DNA from: Thermoplasmata archaeon | GTDB taxonomy: Archaea; Thermoplasmatota; Thermoplasmata; Lutacidiplasmatales; UBA184 | Direction: 5' to 3' | Assembly (NCBI GenBank): GCA_046704665.1 | Contig: JBJKRJ010000025.1 | Span: forward strand, 17,772-81,771 | Length of the DNA: 64,000 bases | In this document: positions 38,012 to 47,408 of the stretch, piece by piece | How positions within the stretch are numbered: the stretch's first letter is position 1 | How the letters are laid out: the number at the start of each line of letters is the position of its first letter | Made by a program: the position numbers and the translations under genes | Notes under the pieces: model-generated | What the model saw: only the letters and a program-made list of their open reading frames with translations | Told to the model about the DNA's origin: nothing | Database searches by the model: none

Positions 38012-38818
38012 TCAGTACCAGCCGAGGCTTCCCTCGTCGAGGACGTGGCGTTCGACCCGTCGGAAGACGGTGCCCGCGATGAGCAGGTAGACGGCGGTCG
38101 TTCCGACCGCCCCGGCGAGGTCTCCCCAGAAGCCCCAGGCGAACCCGTGGTAGCCGGGGATCGAAAGGTAGCGCAGTGCGTCGAGACCCCATGTCGGCGG
38201 AAACACGAGCGAGATCGGGTCCACGAAGAACGGAAGGAGGACCACCGGGAACATGCAACCGGTACCGATGTAGAAGGCGAACTCGCCGATGTTCTGGATG
38301 AAGCCTGCGTACCGGGTGTACACGTAGAACGCGGCGAACACCACCCCGACGCTCGCAAGGGTGAGCATGACGAAGACGAAGAGGAGCGCGAACCCGAGCG
38401 GGTCGATCACCGCCGGCGGCCCGCCCGCGACGCCGAGGATCACGACGTAGACGATCAGCCCTCCGAGGAGGCCCGAGACGACGTTCCAGAGGATACGGCC
38501 GAGGATGACGTAGAGGTAGGGGGTCGGAGACTGAATGGTCGGCTCGAGGGTCCCGTAGTCCCGGTCCTGTCCGGTAGCCCAACCGCTCCCGTACAGGGTC
38601 TGGCCCCACATGCTCATCATCCCCGCCCCCAGGATCGCGTAGGTGAGGAAGTAGGGGCCGGCCCCCCGAAAGAGCTCGAACGAGACGACCGCGAAGATCA
38701 CCGGGGCGATCATCGACGGGATCAACCATTGCGGGTCCGCGAGGAACTGGAGGACGGCGAGCCGCAGCGAGGCGTACGTGGCGCGCCCGCGCGAGTACTG
38801 GTGCACGACGGTCGCCAA
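38012..38818 (-). CDS. ABC-2 type transporter permease (second subunit)
   Basis: 268-aa hydrophobic ORF. The TTG start directly abuts the TAG of the ATPase gene and is preceded by GAGGAGG at an 8-nt spacing. Confidence 0.8.
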   Translation of the reverse strand: MATVVHQYSRGRATYASLRLAVLQFLADPQWLIPSMIAPVIFAVVSFELFRGAGPYFLTYAILGAGMMSMWGQTLYGSGWATGQDRDYGTLEPTIQSPTPYLYVILGRILWNVVSGLLGGLIVYVVILGVAGGPPAVIDPLGFALLFVFVMLTLASVGVVFAAFYVYTRYAGFIQNIGEFAFYIGTGCMFPVVLLPFFVDPISLVFPPTWGLDALRYLSIPGYHGFAWGFWGDLAGAVGTTAVYLLIAGTVFRRVERHVLDEGSLGWY

Positions 38819-39805
38819 CTACCTCGCCTCCTCCTCGACCAGGTCCAGGTAGACGTCCTCGAGGGAGGTCCGTCGTTCCCGCACCATCAGCTCCGGGTGG
38901 TTCGGGAGAGCCGCACGGACCGCCTCCGGGCGGGTCTCGTCTGTGCGGATCCGGAGCGTGAGGCGGGATACGGGACCGAACTCCTCTGTCAGGATGCGAG
39001 AGACCCCGGGGAGGCCGCGGAGCCCCTCGACCTCGCGGTCGTCGAACCCGTACGCCTCCGCCTCGATCGTACGGTCCCCGCCGACCAGATGGCGGAGCTG
39101 CGCGATCGTGTCCCGGGCGACGATCTGGCCCCTCGAGAGGATGGCGATCTCGGGACAGAGCTCCTCCGCCTCGAACATGTAGTGCGTCGTGAGGAAGATC
39201 GTGACCCCGTCGGCGACGAGCGAGCGGACCAGCTTGCGGGTCTCGCGCGCGCTCTTCGGGTCGAGCCCGATCGTCGGCTCGTCCAGGAAGAGGATCTCGG
39301 GCCGGTGGAGGATCCCCCGTGCGATGTGGAGCTTCTGCTTCATCCCGCGCGAGTACTCCTCCACGCGCCGCTCGCCGGCCCACTCGAGGCCGACCCGCGC
39401 GATCACCTCCCGGATCCGGTGCTCCCGCTCGTAGAGGGGCACTCCGTAGAGGTCGGCGAAGTACCGCAGGTTCTCCTTCCCGCTGATCCGGTTGTAGAGA
39501 CCCCGTTCACCCCCCAGCACCAGGCCCATGCGCGGTCGGAGCCAGTCGGAGTCCAGGACAACGTCGTGGCCCAGGACGCGGGCGGTCCCCGACGTCGGCA
39601 AAAGGAGCGTGGAGAGGATCTTCGTCAGCGTCGTCTTTCCGGCACCGTTCGGCCCCAAGAGTCCGAAGATCGCCCCGCGCTCGACCGTAAGGTCGACCCC
39701 GCGAAGTGCTTCCGTGTGGGTGATTTCGCGGAACAGGAACCCCTTGCGAGTATCAAACGCCCGCGTGATCCCGTGAATCTCGATGGCGTGGTCTGAGATC
39801 GACAT
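38819..39805 (-). CDS. ABC transporter ATP-binding protein (DrrA/ABC-2 exporter type)
   Basis: ATG at 39805 (MSISDHAIEIHGITRAF). Walker A is GPNGAGKTT, the signature is YSRGMKQKL and Walker B is ILFLDEPT. Confidence 0.92.
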   Translation of the reverse strand: MSISDHAIEIHGITRAFDTRKGFLFREITHTEALRGVDLTVERGAIFGLLGPNGAGKTTLTKILSTLLLPTSGTARVLGHDVVLDSDWLRPRMGLVLGGERGLYNRISGKENLRYFADLYGVPLYEREHRIREVIARVGLEWAGERRVEEYSRGMKQKLHIARGILHRPEILFLDEPTIGLDPKSARETRKLVRSLVADGVTIFLTTHYMFEAEELCPEIAILSRGQIVARDTIAQLRHLVGGDRTIEAEAYGFDDREVEGLRGLPGVSRILTEEFGPVSRLTLRIRTDETRPEAVRAALPNHPELMVRERRTSLEDVYLDLVEEEAR

Positions 39806-39919
39806 GGAGGTCCTGCAAGGCGGCCGAGCACCCCACGGATGGTACAAATAGCTAGTCGTTCACTCCGCCGGGGGGTGCAACGGTCCCTCGCGGGGCGTTC
39901 CCCCTGGGAGCAACGCTCG

Positions 39920-40456
39920 ATGTCACGGGAAGAAGGGACCTCCTCGGAGCCCTCCGGGCGGGAGTCGTTGCCCGGCACGGTCCACCGACTGCACCGCAAA
40001 CCGGAGACCGGGGAAGAGCATGGCCTGCCGAAGTCGCCCGTTCCGGAGGCGATCCTGACCCGTGCGGGTGTGGAGGGCGACTTCAATCGGTACCGACACG
40101 AATCGAAGCACGACGACCCGGACATGGCGGTCCTCCTCGTGCCGCTCGAGACCCTGGAGGAGCTCCGTCGCGAAGGGTGGCCCGTCGCGCCGGGCGACCT
40201 CGGGGAGAACATCACGACCCACGGGATCGCCTACGACGAGTTCCGCCCGGGCCGAACGTTCGTGGTCGGCGAGGCGGAGCTGACGGTGGCGAAGGCCTGC
40301 ACCCCGTGCGAGAATCTCTATCTGCTCCCGTACGTGGGCGAGACGCGGGGCCCGGAGTTCCTCAAGACGATGCTGGGCCGACGCGGATGGTTCGCCCGCG
40401 TCGAACGGCCCGGAAGGGTCAGGGTCGGAGACCCGGTGCGGCCGCGGCCGACCTAG
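39920..40456 (+). CDS. MOSC domain-containing protein (YiiM-like)
   Basis: GVEGD, the PGDLGENIT segment and a conserved Cys in KACTPCENL are typical of MOSC domains. The start is uncertain (ATG 39920 or upstream ATG 39839). Confidence 0.75.
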   Translation: MSREEGTSSEPSGRESLPGTVHRLHRKPETGEEHGLPKSPVPEAILTRAGVEGDFNRYRHESKHDDPDMAVLLVPLETLEELRREGWPVAPGDLGENITTHGIAYDEFRPGRTFVVGEAELTVAKACTPCENLYLLPYVGETRGPEFLKTMLGRRGWFARVERPGRVRVGDPVRPRPT

Positions 40457-40536
40457 CCTGTGAGATCGGCGGCCGAACGGACCGTCTCTCGAGGATCCTC
40501 CCCGAGCGCCCCCCCCCGATCGGCGTGCACTGCGCT

Positions 40537-40544
40537 CTTATATC
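40537..40544 (+). promoter_or_regulatory. TATA-like box (CTTATATC) for the OADH operon
   Basis: Centred about 27 nt upstream of the ATG at 40568. Confidence 0.5.
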
Positions 40545-40567
40545 GGTGGGTCGAATCGACTCGACGA

Positions 40568-41647
40568 ATGAACGAGACCGAGACTGCTACGCACGGGACC
40601 GCGCCGGCCGAGCCGGGCGGGCTATCGGGCGAGCGGCTCCGGGAGGCGTACCGCTGGATGGTCCTTGCCCGGGTCGTGGACGAGCGGAGCCTTTCGTTGC
40701 AGCGGCAAGGGAGGATCGGGTTCTACGCTCCCCTCGCCGGCCAGGAGGCCGCGCAGGTGGGGGCGGCGCTCGCCCTCTCGCCCGACGACTGGGTCTTCCC
40801 CGCCTACCGGGAGCTTGCGGTCGCCCTCGTCCGGGGGATCTCGCTCCGTGAGATGTTCGACCAGTTGATCGGCAACTCGGCCGACGCGAGCAAGGGCCGT
40901 CAGATGCCGAACCACTTCGCCTGGCGCCACCTTCGCTATGTCAGCGCATCGAGCCCGATCGGCACCCAGATCCCTCAGGCGGTCGGGGCGGCCATGGCCG
41001 CCCAGCGACGCGGCGACCGGGCCGTCACCATCGCCTTCTTCGGCGATGGCGCCACCAGTTCGAACGACTTCCACGCCGGCATGAACTTCGCGGGGGTCTT
41101 CCGGGCTCCGACCATCTTCTTCTGTCAGAACAACCAGTGGGCGATCTCCCTTCCCCGGGACCGACAGACGCGCAGCCCGACCCTCGCCGAAAAGGCCGCC
41201 GCGTACGGGTTCCCCGGCCTGGAGGTCGATGGCAACGACGTGCGGGCGGTCTATCGAGCGGTCTCCGAGGCACGCGACCGGGCCCTGGCGGGCGGAGGGC
41301 CGACGCTGATCGAGGCGCAGGTCTACCGGTTCGGCCCGCATTCCACATCCGACGATCCCCGACGCTACCGTTCCGACGAACAGGTCGCCGGGGCGCGGAC
41401 GAGGGATCCGATCTCCCTTCTGAACACCGTCCTGCGGGACGAGAAGCTCTGGGACGATGCCGCGGAGGCGGCACTCTGGGAGGAGAGCCGGTCGCACGTG
41501 ACCCACGCCTTCGAGGAGGCCGAGAGCGCTCCACCGGTCGACCGCGGAAGCTTCTTCGAGGACGTCTTCGCCTCCCCGACCCCGCGCCTCATCGAGGAGC
41601 GGGCCGCGTACGAGTCGATGGAGCGCGACGGATCGGGGGCGAGATGA
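40568..41647 (+). CDS. 2-oxoacid dehydrogenase E1 component alpha subunit (ThDP-dependent)
   Basis: ATG at 40568. The product has RQGRIGFY, the GDGATSSNDFHAGMNFA ThDP motif and RFGPHSTSDDP. Confidence 0.92.
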   Translation: MNETETATHGTAPAEPGGLSGERLREAYRWMVLARVVDERSLSLQRQGRIGFYAPLAGQEAAQVGAALALSPDDWVFPAYRELAVALVRGISLREMFDQLIGNSADASKGRQMPNHFAWRHLRYVSASSPIGTQIPQAVGAAMAAQRRGDRAVTIAFFGDGATSSNDFHAGMNFAGVFRAPTIFFCQNNQWAISLPRDRQTRSPTLAEKAAAYGFPGLEVDGNDVRAVYRAVSEARDRALAGGGPTLIEAQVYRFGPHSTSDDPRRYRSDEQVAGARTRDPISLLNTVLRDEKLWDDAAEAALWEESRSHVTHAFEEAESAPPVDRGSFFEDVFASPTPRLIEERAAYESMERDGSGAR

Positions 41648-42621
41648 CCGAGCTGACGCTGGTCCAGGCGGTCAACCGCGGCCTGCATGAGGCGATGGCC
41701 CAGGACCCGGACGTTCTGGTCCTCGGGGAGGACGTCGGAGTCAACGGGGGCGTCTTCCGTGCGACGGAGGGCCTCTACAAGGAGTTCGGGGCGGACCGTG
41801 TCATCGACACCCCGCTCTCAGAGACGGGGATCGTCGGCACCGCCATCGGGATGGCGCTCTACGGGCTGAAGCCGGTCGCGGAGATCCAGTTCCTCGACTT
41901 CATCTACCCCGCGTTCGATCAGATCGTCAGCGAGCTCGCGAAGTTCCGCTATCGCTCCGGGGGGCAGTACCCCTGCCATGTCGTCCTCAGAGCTCCGTAC
42001 GGCGGGGGTGTGAAAGGCGGGCTCTACCATTCTCAGAGCACCGAGGCCTACTTCGCCCACACGGCGGGCCTCAAGGTGGTGATCCCCTCCACTCCCGCGG
42101 ACGCGAAGGGGCTCTTGCTGACGGCGATCCACGACCCGGACCCGGTGATCTTCCTCGAACCGAAGCGGATCTACCGGGCGGTCACCGGAGAGGTCCCGGA
42201 GGGGGACCACCGGGTCCCGTTCGGCGAGGCGCGTACGGTCCGCGAGGGCACCGACCTCTCGATCTTCGCCTACGGGGCGATGATCCCTCCCTCCGTCGAT
42301 GCCGCCGACCAGCTTGCCGAGGACGGCGTTTCGGCCGAGGTGATCGACCTTAGGACGCTCGTCCCGCTCGACGAGGCGACGGTCGTCGCGTCCGTGGAGA
42401 AGACCGGGCGAGCGCTCATCGTGCATGAGGCGGCCCGTTTCTGCGGGTTCGGGGCGGAGCTCGGCGCGATCCTCGCCGAGAAGGCGTTCTACTCGCTCCG
42501 GGCGCCGGTCGCGCGGGTCACCGGATACGACACCCCGTTCCCCTACGCTCTTGAGCACGAGTACCTTCCCAGCCCCGAACGGATCGCCCACGCCGCGCGT
42601 GATGCGATGCGGGCGGGCTGA
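41644..42621 (+). CDS. 2-oxoacid dehydrogenase E1 component beta subunit
   Basis: ATGA overlap with E1-alpha. The product starts MTELTLVQAVNRGL...LGEDVG and contains RVIDTPLSE and the transketolase-like C-terminal domain. Confidence 0.92.
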   Translation: MTELTLVQAVNRGLHEAMAQDPDVLVLGEDVGVNGGVFRATEGLYKEFGADRVIDTPLSETGIVGTAIGMALYGLKPVAEIQFLDFIYPAFDQIVSELAKFRYRSGGQYPCHVVLRAPYGGGVKGGLYHSQSTEAYFAHTAGLKVVIPSTPADAKGLLLTAIHDPDPVIFLEPKRIYRAVTGEVPEGDHRVPFGEARTVREGTDLSIFAYGAMIPPSVDAADQLAEDGVSAEVIDLRTLVPLDEATVVASVEKTGRALIVHEAARFCGFGAELGAILAEKAFYSLRAPVARVTGYDTPFPYALEHEYLPSPERIAHAARDAMRAG

Positions 42622-42630
42622 GGGTCGCAC

Positions 42631-43986
42631 ATGGCGTACGAGTTCCGGCTGCCGGACATCGGGGAGGGAGTCGCCGAGGGTGAGGTCGTCCAGTGGTTCG
42701 TGCGGGAGGGCGACCCGATCCAGGAGGACCAGACGCTCGTCAGCGTCCTGACCGACAAGGCGAACGTGGAGATCCCCTCGCCGAAGACCGGTCGCATCGC
42801 GAAGATCCACGCCGCGGCCGGCGAGAAGGTCAAGGTCGGCGGCCTGCTCGTCACGATCGAGACGGAAGGCGCTCCGCCCTCGAAGAGCCCGCCCCCGATC
42901 GCGAGCTCCCCCGCGGCCGCTCCCGCCGCGTCGAGCCCGCCGACCCCCGGCTCGGGGTCGCACGCCGTTCCGCCGGGACCCGCCAAGTCCCCCGCAGCCA
43001 CCGGCCGCGTGCTCGCCTCGCCGTACCTCCGTCGGCGCGCGGCCGAGAAAGGGGTCGATCTCGCGTCCGTCCGGGGGTCGGGCCCGGCCGGCCGGATCAC
43101 GGAGGCCGACCTCGAGGCAACCTTGGCCGGGAGGCGCCAGGGAACGGCGTCCTCCGCGGCGGCTGCGGGAGCCATGTCGGAGGCCCCGGCCATGATCCCC
43201 TCCCCGTCCCACCACCCCGCCCCGACGCCCTCGGACCTCGCGGGGTCGGCCGCCCCACCCCTCACGGTCCCCGCCTCCGAGGTCAGGGAGCGGATCCCGA
43301 TCCGGGGGATTCGGCGGGTGATCTCCGAGCACATGTCGGAGGCGACCCATCGTGCGGCGCACTACACCTACGTCGAGGAGGTGGACGTCACCGAGCTCGT
43401 CCGGCTCCGCGACCGGATGGCGAAGCACGTCGAGAAGCAGGGGACGCGCCTCAGCTACCTCCCGTTCATCGTCAAGGCGGTCGTCGCCGGACTGAAGGCG
43501 CATCCGCGCCTGAACGCGACGATGGACGATGCGAACCAGGAGCTCGTGGTCCGCACCGGCTACCACATCGGGATCGCGGCCGCTACGGCCGAGGGTCTCA
43601 TCGTCCCGGTCGTGAAGAACGCCGACCAGAAGAGCGTCGCTCGCCTGGCCCGGGAGATCCAGGACCTCGCCGAGCGGGGACGGGCCGGCAAGCTCTCCCG
43701 CGCCGAGCTCACGGGCAGCACGTTCACCATCTCGAGCCTCGGGCCCCTCGGAGGGCTCCTCGCGACGCCGATCCTCAACTATCCCGAGGTCGCGATCCTC
43801 GGCGTCCACAAGATCCAGCGACGGCCGGTCTACCGTTCGGATGGCTCGGTCGGTCCCGCGGACCTCATGAACCTCTCGATCTCCCTCGACCACCGCGTGG
43901 TCGATGGGTTCGAGGGGGCACAGTTCCTCGCGACGGTGAAGGGGTATCTCGAAGACCCTCACCAGCTGTTCGCCGAGCTCGCATGA
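42631..43986 (+). CDS. Dihydrolipoamide acyltransferase (E2) with one lipoyl domain
   Basis: The lipoyl-Lys motif is VLTDKANVEIPSP. A Pro/Ala-rich linker and a peripheral-subunit-binding segment (ASPYLRRRAAEKGVDL) follow, then the catalytic DHRVVDG motif. Confidence 0.93.
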   Translation: MAYEFRLPDIGEGVAEGEVVQWFVREGDPIQEDQTLVSVLTDKANVEIPSPKTGRIAKIHAAAGEKVKVGGLLVTIETEGAPPSKSPPPIASSPAAAPAASSPPTPGSGSHAVPPGPAKSPAATGRVLASPYLRRRAAEKGVDLASVRGSGPAGRITEADLEATLAGRRQGTASSAAAAGAMSEAPAMIPSPSHHPAPTPSDLAGSAAPPLTVPASEVRERIPIRGIRRVISEHMSEATHRAAHYTYVEEVDVTELVRLRDRMAKHVEKQGTRLSYLPFIVKAVVAGLKAHPRLNATMDDANQELVVRTGYHIGIAAATAEGLIVPVVKNADQKSVARLAREIQDLAERGRAGKLSRAELTGSTFTISSLGPLGGLLATPILNYPEVAILGVHKIQRRPVYRSDGSVGPADLMNLSISLDHRVVDGFEGAQFLATVKGYLEDPHQLFAELA

Positions 43987-45038
43987 GCGGACCCGCGGCG
44001 GTCGAGCCCCTCCCGTACTCCGAGGAGGAGGCACGGGACGCGCTCGGCGCGGATTGGAAGGAGACCGTTCGCTCGGCCTACCGCTGGATGACGCTCGGCC
44101 GCACCTTCGATGCGCGCATGCAGGCCCTTCAGCGGCAGGGCCGGATCGGGTTCTACGGTGCCGCGACCGGTCAGGAGGCGGTCAACGTCGCGGCGGGTCT
44201 CGCGAGCCTCCCCGCGGACTGGGTCTTCCCTGGGTTGCGGGAGCAACTGGTCGCGCTCGTGCGGGGCCACTCGCTCACCACGTACGCCCACTCGATCTTC
44301 GCCGACGCGCGGGACCCGGCCCGAGGGCGCCAGATGCCGTGCCACCCGACCGCCCGCGAGGTCCACTACGTATCGATGTCCTCGGTCATCGGCACCCAGA
44401 TCTCCCAGGCGGTCGGGGTCGCCCATGCGCTCAAGCTGCGCCGGGAGCGTGCCGCGGTCCTCGCGTTCTTCGGGGACGGCGCGACGAGCTCGAACGACTT
44501 CCACGCGGGGCTCAACTTCGCGGGCGTCGGGCGCCTTCCGGTCGTCTTTGGCTGCGCGAACAACCAGTACGCGATCTCGCTCCCGGTCGAACGCCAGACC
44601 GCGGCGGAGACCCTGGCGTCCAAGGCGAAGGCCTACGGGTTCGATGGCCGGCGCGTGGACGGCACGGACTTCGTGGCGGCGTACCGGGAGCTCTTCACCG
44701 CGCTCGAGGCGGCGCGAAACGGCGAGGGTCCCGTGCTGCTCGAGTTCCTCACGTTCCGACTCACGCCGCACTCAAGCTCCGATGACCCAACGCGCTACCA
44801 GCCGGCCGGTTGGTCCGAGCGCGCCCACCGTCACGACCCGTTCCTCCGGCTCGAGGCGTGGATGGTCGGCCACGACCTGCTCTCCGAGGAGTTCCGAGCG
44901 AAGCTTCGAGCGGAGGCCGACGCGACCGTACGGGCCGCGGTGCGGGAGGCCGAAGAAACCCCCCCTCCGCCCGCCGAATCTCTGACCGAAGACGTCTTCG
45001 CTCCGGGACCTTCGGTCCCCGGCGGAGGGCCGGACTGA
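43983..45038 (+). CDS. Second, divergent E1-alpha paralog (no cognate beta gene next to it)
   Basis: ATGA overlap with the E2 stop. The product has RQGRIGFY, GDGATSSNDFHAGLNFA and RLTPHSSSDDP. It is clearly homologous to 40568..41647 but diverged. Confidence 0.88.
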   Translation: MSGPAAVEPLPYSEEEARDALGADWKETVRSAYRWMTLGRTFDARMQALQRQGRIGFYGAATGQEAVNVAAGLASLPADWVFPGLREQLVALVRGHSLTTYAHSIFADARDPARGRQMPCHPTAREVHYVSMSSVIGTQISQAVGVAHALKLRRERAAVLAFFGDGATSSNDFHAGLNFAGVGRLPVVFGCANNQYAISLPVERQTAAETLASKAKAYGFDGRRVDGTDFVAAYRELFTALEAARNGEGPVLLEFLTFRLTPHSSSDDPTRYQPAGWSERAHRHDPFLRLEAWMVGHDLLSEEFRAKLRAEADATVRAAVREAEETPPPPAESLTEDVFAPGPSVPGGGPD

Positions 45039-45049
45039 GCCGGAGGGAC

Positions 45050-46492
45050 ATGGCCGGAACCTACTCGCGGTCGACGGAGCTTCTGGTCATCGGCGGCGGA
45101 CCGGGCGGCTACATGGCCGCGATCCGTGCGGGGCAGCTCGGAAAGAAGGTCCTGCTCGTCGAGCAGCGCGACCTGGGCGGCGAGTGTCTGAACCGGGGCT
45201 GCATCCCTTCGAAGGCGTTGATCCACGCCTCGCTCCTCTACCACGCGCTCCGCACCGAGGGACCCGAGGTCGGTGTCGTCGCCCCGAACGCGTCGTTCGA
45301 CCTGTCGGCGACGATGCGCTGGAAGGATTCGGTGGTGGCGAAGGAGCGAGGCGGCGTCGCGACGCTGCTCAAGTCCGCCGGAGTGACGGTCCTTTCGGGA
45401 CGGGCCCGGTTCACCGGCCCCCGTTCGGCCGACCTCACCGCGCCCGACGGCGGCCACGAGCGGATCGACTTCGCCCAGGCGGTGATCGCCACCGGGGCGC
45501 TCCACCTTGCGTTGCCGGGCTTCGAGATCGATGGGGAGCGGGTGATCAATGCGGACGACCTCCTCTCGTTGAAGTCGCTACCGGCCTCTCTGTTGATCCT
45601 GGGGGGAGGCGTCTCGGGCTGCGAGCTCGGGGAGTTCCTCGCTCGGCTCGGGGTCCGCGTCACCATCGTGGAGATGCTGCCGCAGCTCCTCCCCGGGGTC
45701 GAGGTGGACCTCTCCCGCGAGCTCACGCGGACGTTCGATGCGCTCGGGATCACGGTTCGGGTCGGCACGAAGGCGCTCGAGCTCCGCCGGGAGTCCGAGC
45801 GCCTGACGATGGTCGTCGAGGGTCCGAACGGTCGGGAGGAGCTCTCGGGAGAGCGGCTCTTCGTCACGGTCGGTAAGCGACCCGACAGCCGGGAGCTCGG
45901 CCTCGAGGAAGCCGGCGTTGCGTTCGACGCGAAGAGCGGGTTCGTCACGGTCGACGACCAGCTGCGGACGAACCAGACGCACATCTTCGCGGTCGGGGAC
46001 GTCGCGCGACCGCCGATGATGGCGCACAAGGCCTACCGCGAGGGGATCGTCGCGGCCGAGGCCCTGGCCGGCCGCGCGACACGCTTCGACTTCCAGGCGA
46101 TGCCGTCGGTCGTCTTCACCGCGCCCGAGCTCGCCTCGGTAGGCCTCACAAAGCCCGAGGCCGAGCTGAAGGGATACCGCGCACGGGAGGCGCGCTTCTC
46201 CTACGCGGCCCTCGGCCGGGCGCACGCCAGTCACGCGACGCAGGGCTGGGTCAAGATCGTGGGGGACGATGCGACCGGGCTCGTTCTCGGTGTCCACGCC
46301 GCGGGCGAGGACGTCGGCGACTTCATTGCAGAAGCCGGCCTCGCGATCGAGATGGGAGCGACCGTGCGCGACCTCGCCGGGACGGTCCATCCTCACCCGA
46401 CGTTCTCCGAGGCGCTGGGGGAGGCCGCCTCCCTCTGGCTCGGAGAACCGATGCACGTCGCCCGGAGGCGGACCGATGCCGGCGGTCGTTGA
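45050..46492 (+). CDS. lpdA: Dihydrolipoamide dehydrogenase (E3)
   Basis: ATG at 45050. The product has GGGPGGY, the redox-active GGECLNRGCIPSK motif and C-terminal HPHPTFSE. Confidence 0.93.
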   Translation: MAGTYSRSTELLVIGGGPGGYMAAIRAGQLGKKVLLVEQRDLGGECLNRGCIPSKALIHASLLYHALRTEGPEVGVVAPNASFDLSATMRWKDSVVAKERGGVATLLKSAGVTVLSGRARFTGPRSADLTAPDGGHERIDFAQAVIATGALHLALPGFEIDGERVINADDLLSLKSLPASLLILGGGVSGCELGEFLARLGVRVTIVEMLPQLLPGVEVDLSRELTRTFDALGITVRVGTKALELRRESERLTMVVEGPNGREELSGERLFVTVGKRPDSRELGLEEAGVAFDAKSGFVTVDDQLRTNQTHIFAVGDVARPPMMAHKAYREGIVAAEALAGRATRFDFQAMPSVVFTAPELASVGLTKPEAELKGYRAREARFSYAALGRAHASHATQGWVKIVGDDATGLVLGVHAAGEDVGDFIAEAGLAIEMGATVRDLAGTVHPHPTFSEALGEAASLWLGEPMHVARRRTDAGGR

Positions 46493-47177
46493 CTGGGGTA
46501 CCCGGGAGTACGCGGAGTCGCTCGAGGCGATGCGCGCCCTCGTGCGCGCCCGGCGAGAGGGATCGATCGACGACACGCTGATCCTCGTCGAGCACCCTTC
46601 CGTGGTCACCGTAGGGGTCGAGGGGGACGACGGGAGCGCAGAGCGTAGCGGGCTCCCGGTCGTGCACGTCGAGCGAGGGGGCCACGCGACCTACCACGGA
46701 CCGGGCCAGCTCGTAGCCTATCCGATCGTCGACCTCGCCCGACGGGGTCGGGACGTCCGCCGGTTCGTCCACGACGTCGAGGAGATCGCGATCCGCTCCG
46801 CCGGCGCGTTCGGTCTTCGGGCCGAGCATGTCCATGGTCGCCGCGGGGTCTGGGTCGACGGGAGCCGCAAGATCGCCTCGGTGGGGATCGCCGTCGACCA
46901 CTGGATCACCTTCCACGGCCTCGCGCTCAACGTCGATGTCGATCTCGCCGAGTTCCGTCGATTCCGACCGTGCGGCTTCGACGGTGCGGTCATGACCTCC
47001 GTTTCCCGAGAGGTCGGCCACCGGGTCTCGCTGGCCGAGGTCCGGCCCCTCTTCCGAGCGACCTGGAACGAGATCTTCACCGAGTCTTCCCGCGTCCCTA
47101 CGCGCGAAGTGTCGGCGCCTGCGGCGCCGGGTACGGGGAGAGCGGGGGCGCCACCTATCGGCTCCGCACCTAGGTGA
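46476..47177 (+). CDS. lipB: Octanoyltransferase (lipoyl(octanoyl) transferase)
   Basis: ATG at 46476 overlaps the E3 end by 17 nt. The product has RGGHATYHGPGQLVAYPI, KIASVGI and a PCG motif. Confidence 0.88.
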   Translation: MPAVVDWGTREYAESLEAMRALVRARREGSIDDTLILVEHPSVVTVGVEGDDGSAERSGLPVVHVERGGHATYHGPGQLVAYPIVDLARRGRDVRRFVHDVEEIAIRSAGAFGLRAEHVHGRRGVWVDGSRKIASVGIAVDHWITFHGLALNVDVDLAEFRRFRPCGFDGAVMTSVSREVGHRVSLAEVRPLFRATWNEIFTESSRVPTREVSAPAAPGTGRAGAPPIGSAPR

Positions 47178-47408
47178 CCGCGCAGCGGCCCCTCCTTCGA
47201 CCGGACATCCCCGGTCCAGGAGTGGCACGCGCCCAGCCGGGGCTTGCCCATCATCGAGGACAAGAGAAGCCAGCGAGGTCGTGGAGGCAGCCCGGGCGTC
47301 CGGTACTACGGGGAGGGATCCGGAAGAACGCTCCGCGGCCGACCGGTCGCATCCGGGAGCACCGTCCGCGTACGGTAAGTGCCCGACCGCTCCGGGCCAG
47401 CGATCCGC

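Noticed and set aside
40568-45038. The two E1-alpha genes as a recent tandem duplication or assembly artefact.
   Set aside because: The copies are substantially diverged at both protein and nucleotide level and are separated by E1-beta and E2, so this is an old paralogy rather than a repeat collapse or expansion.
47178-47408. A 230-bp gene-free stretch after lipB, and similar gaps at 58913-59153 and 26915-27082, as possible ncRNA or riboswitch loci.
   Set aside because: I could see no recognisable conserved RNA motif or convincing extended stem-loop architecture by eye. This cannot be assessed without covariance-model searches, so no claim is made.
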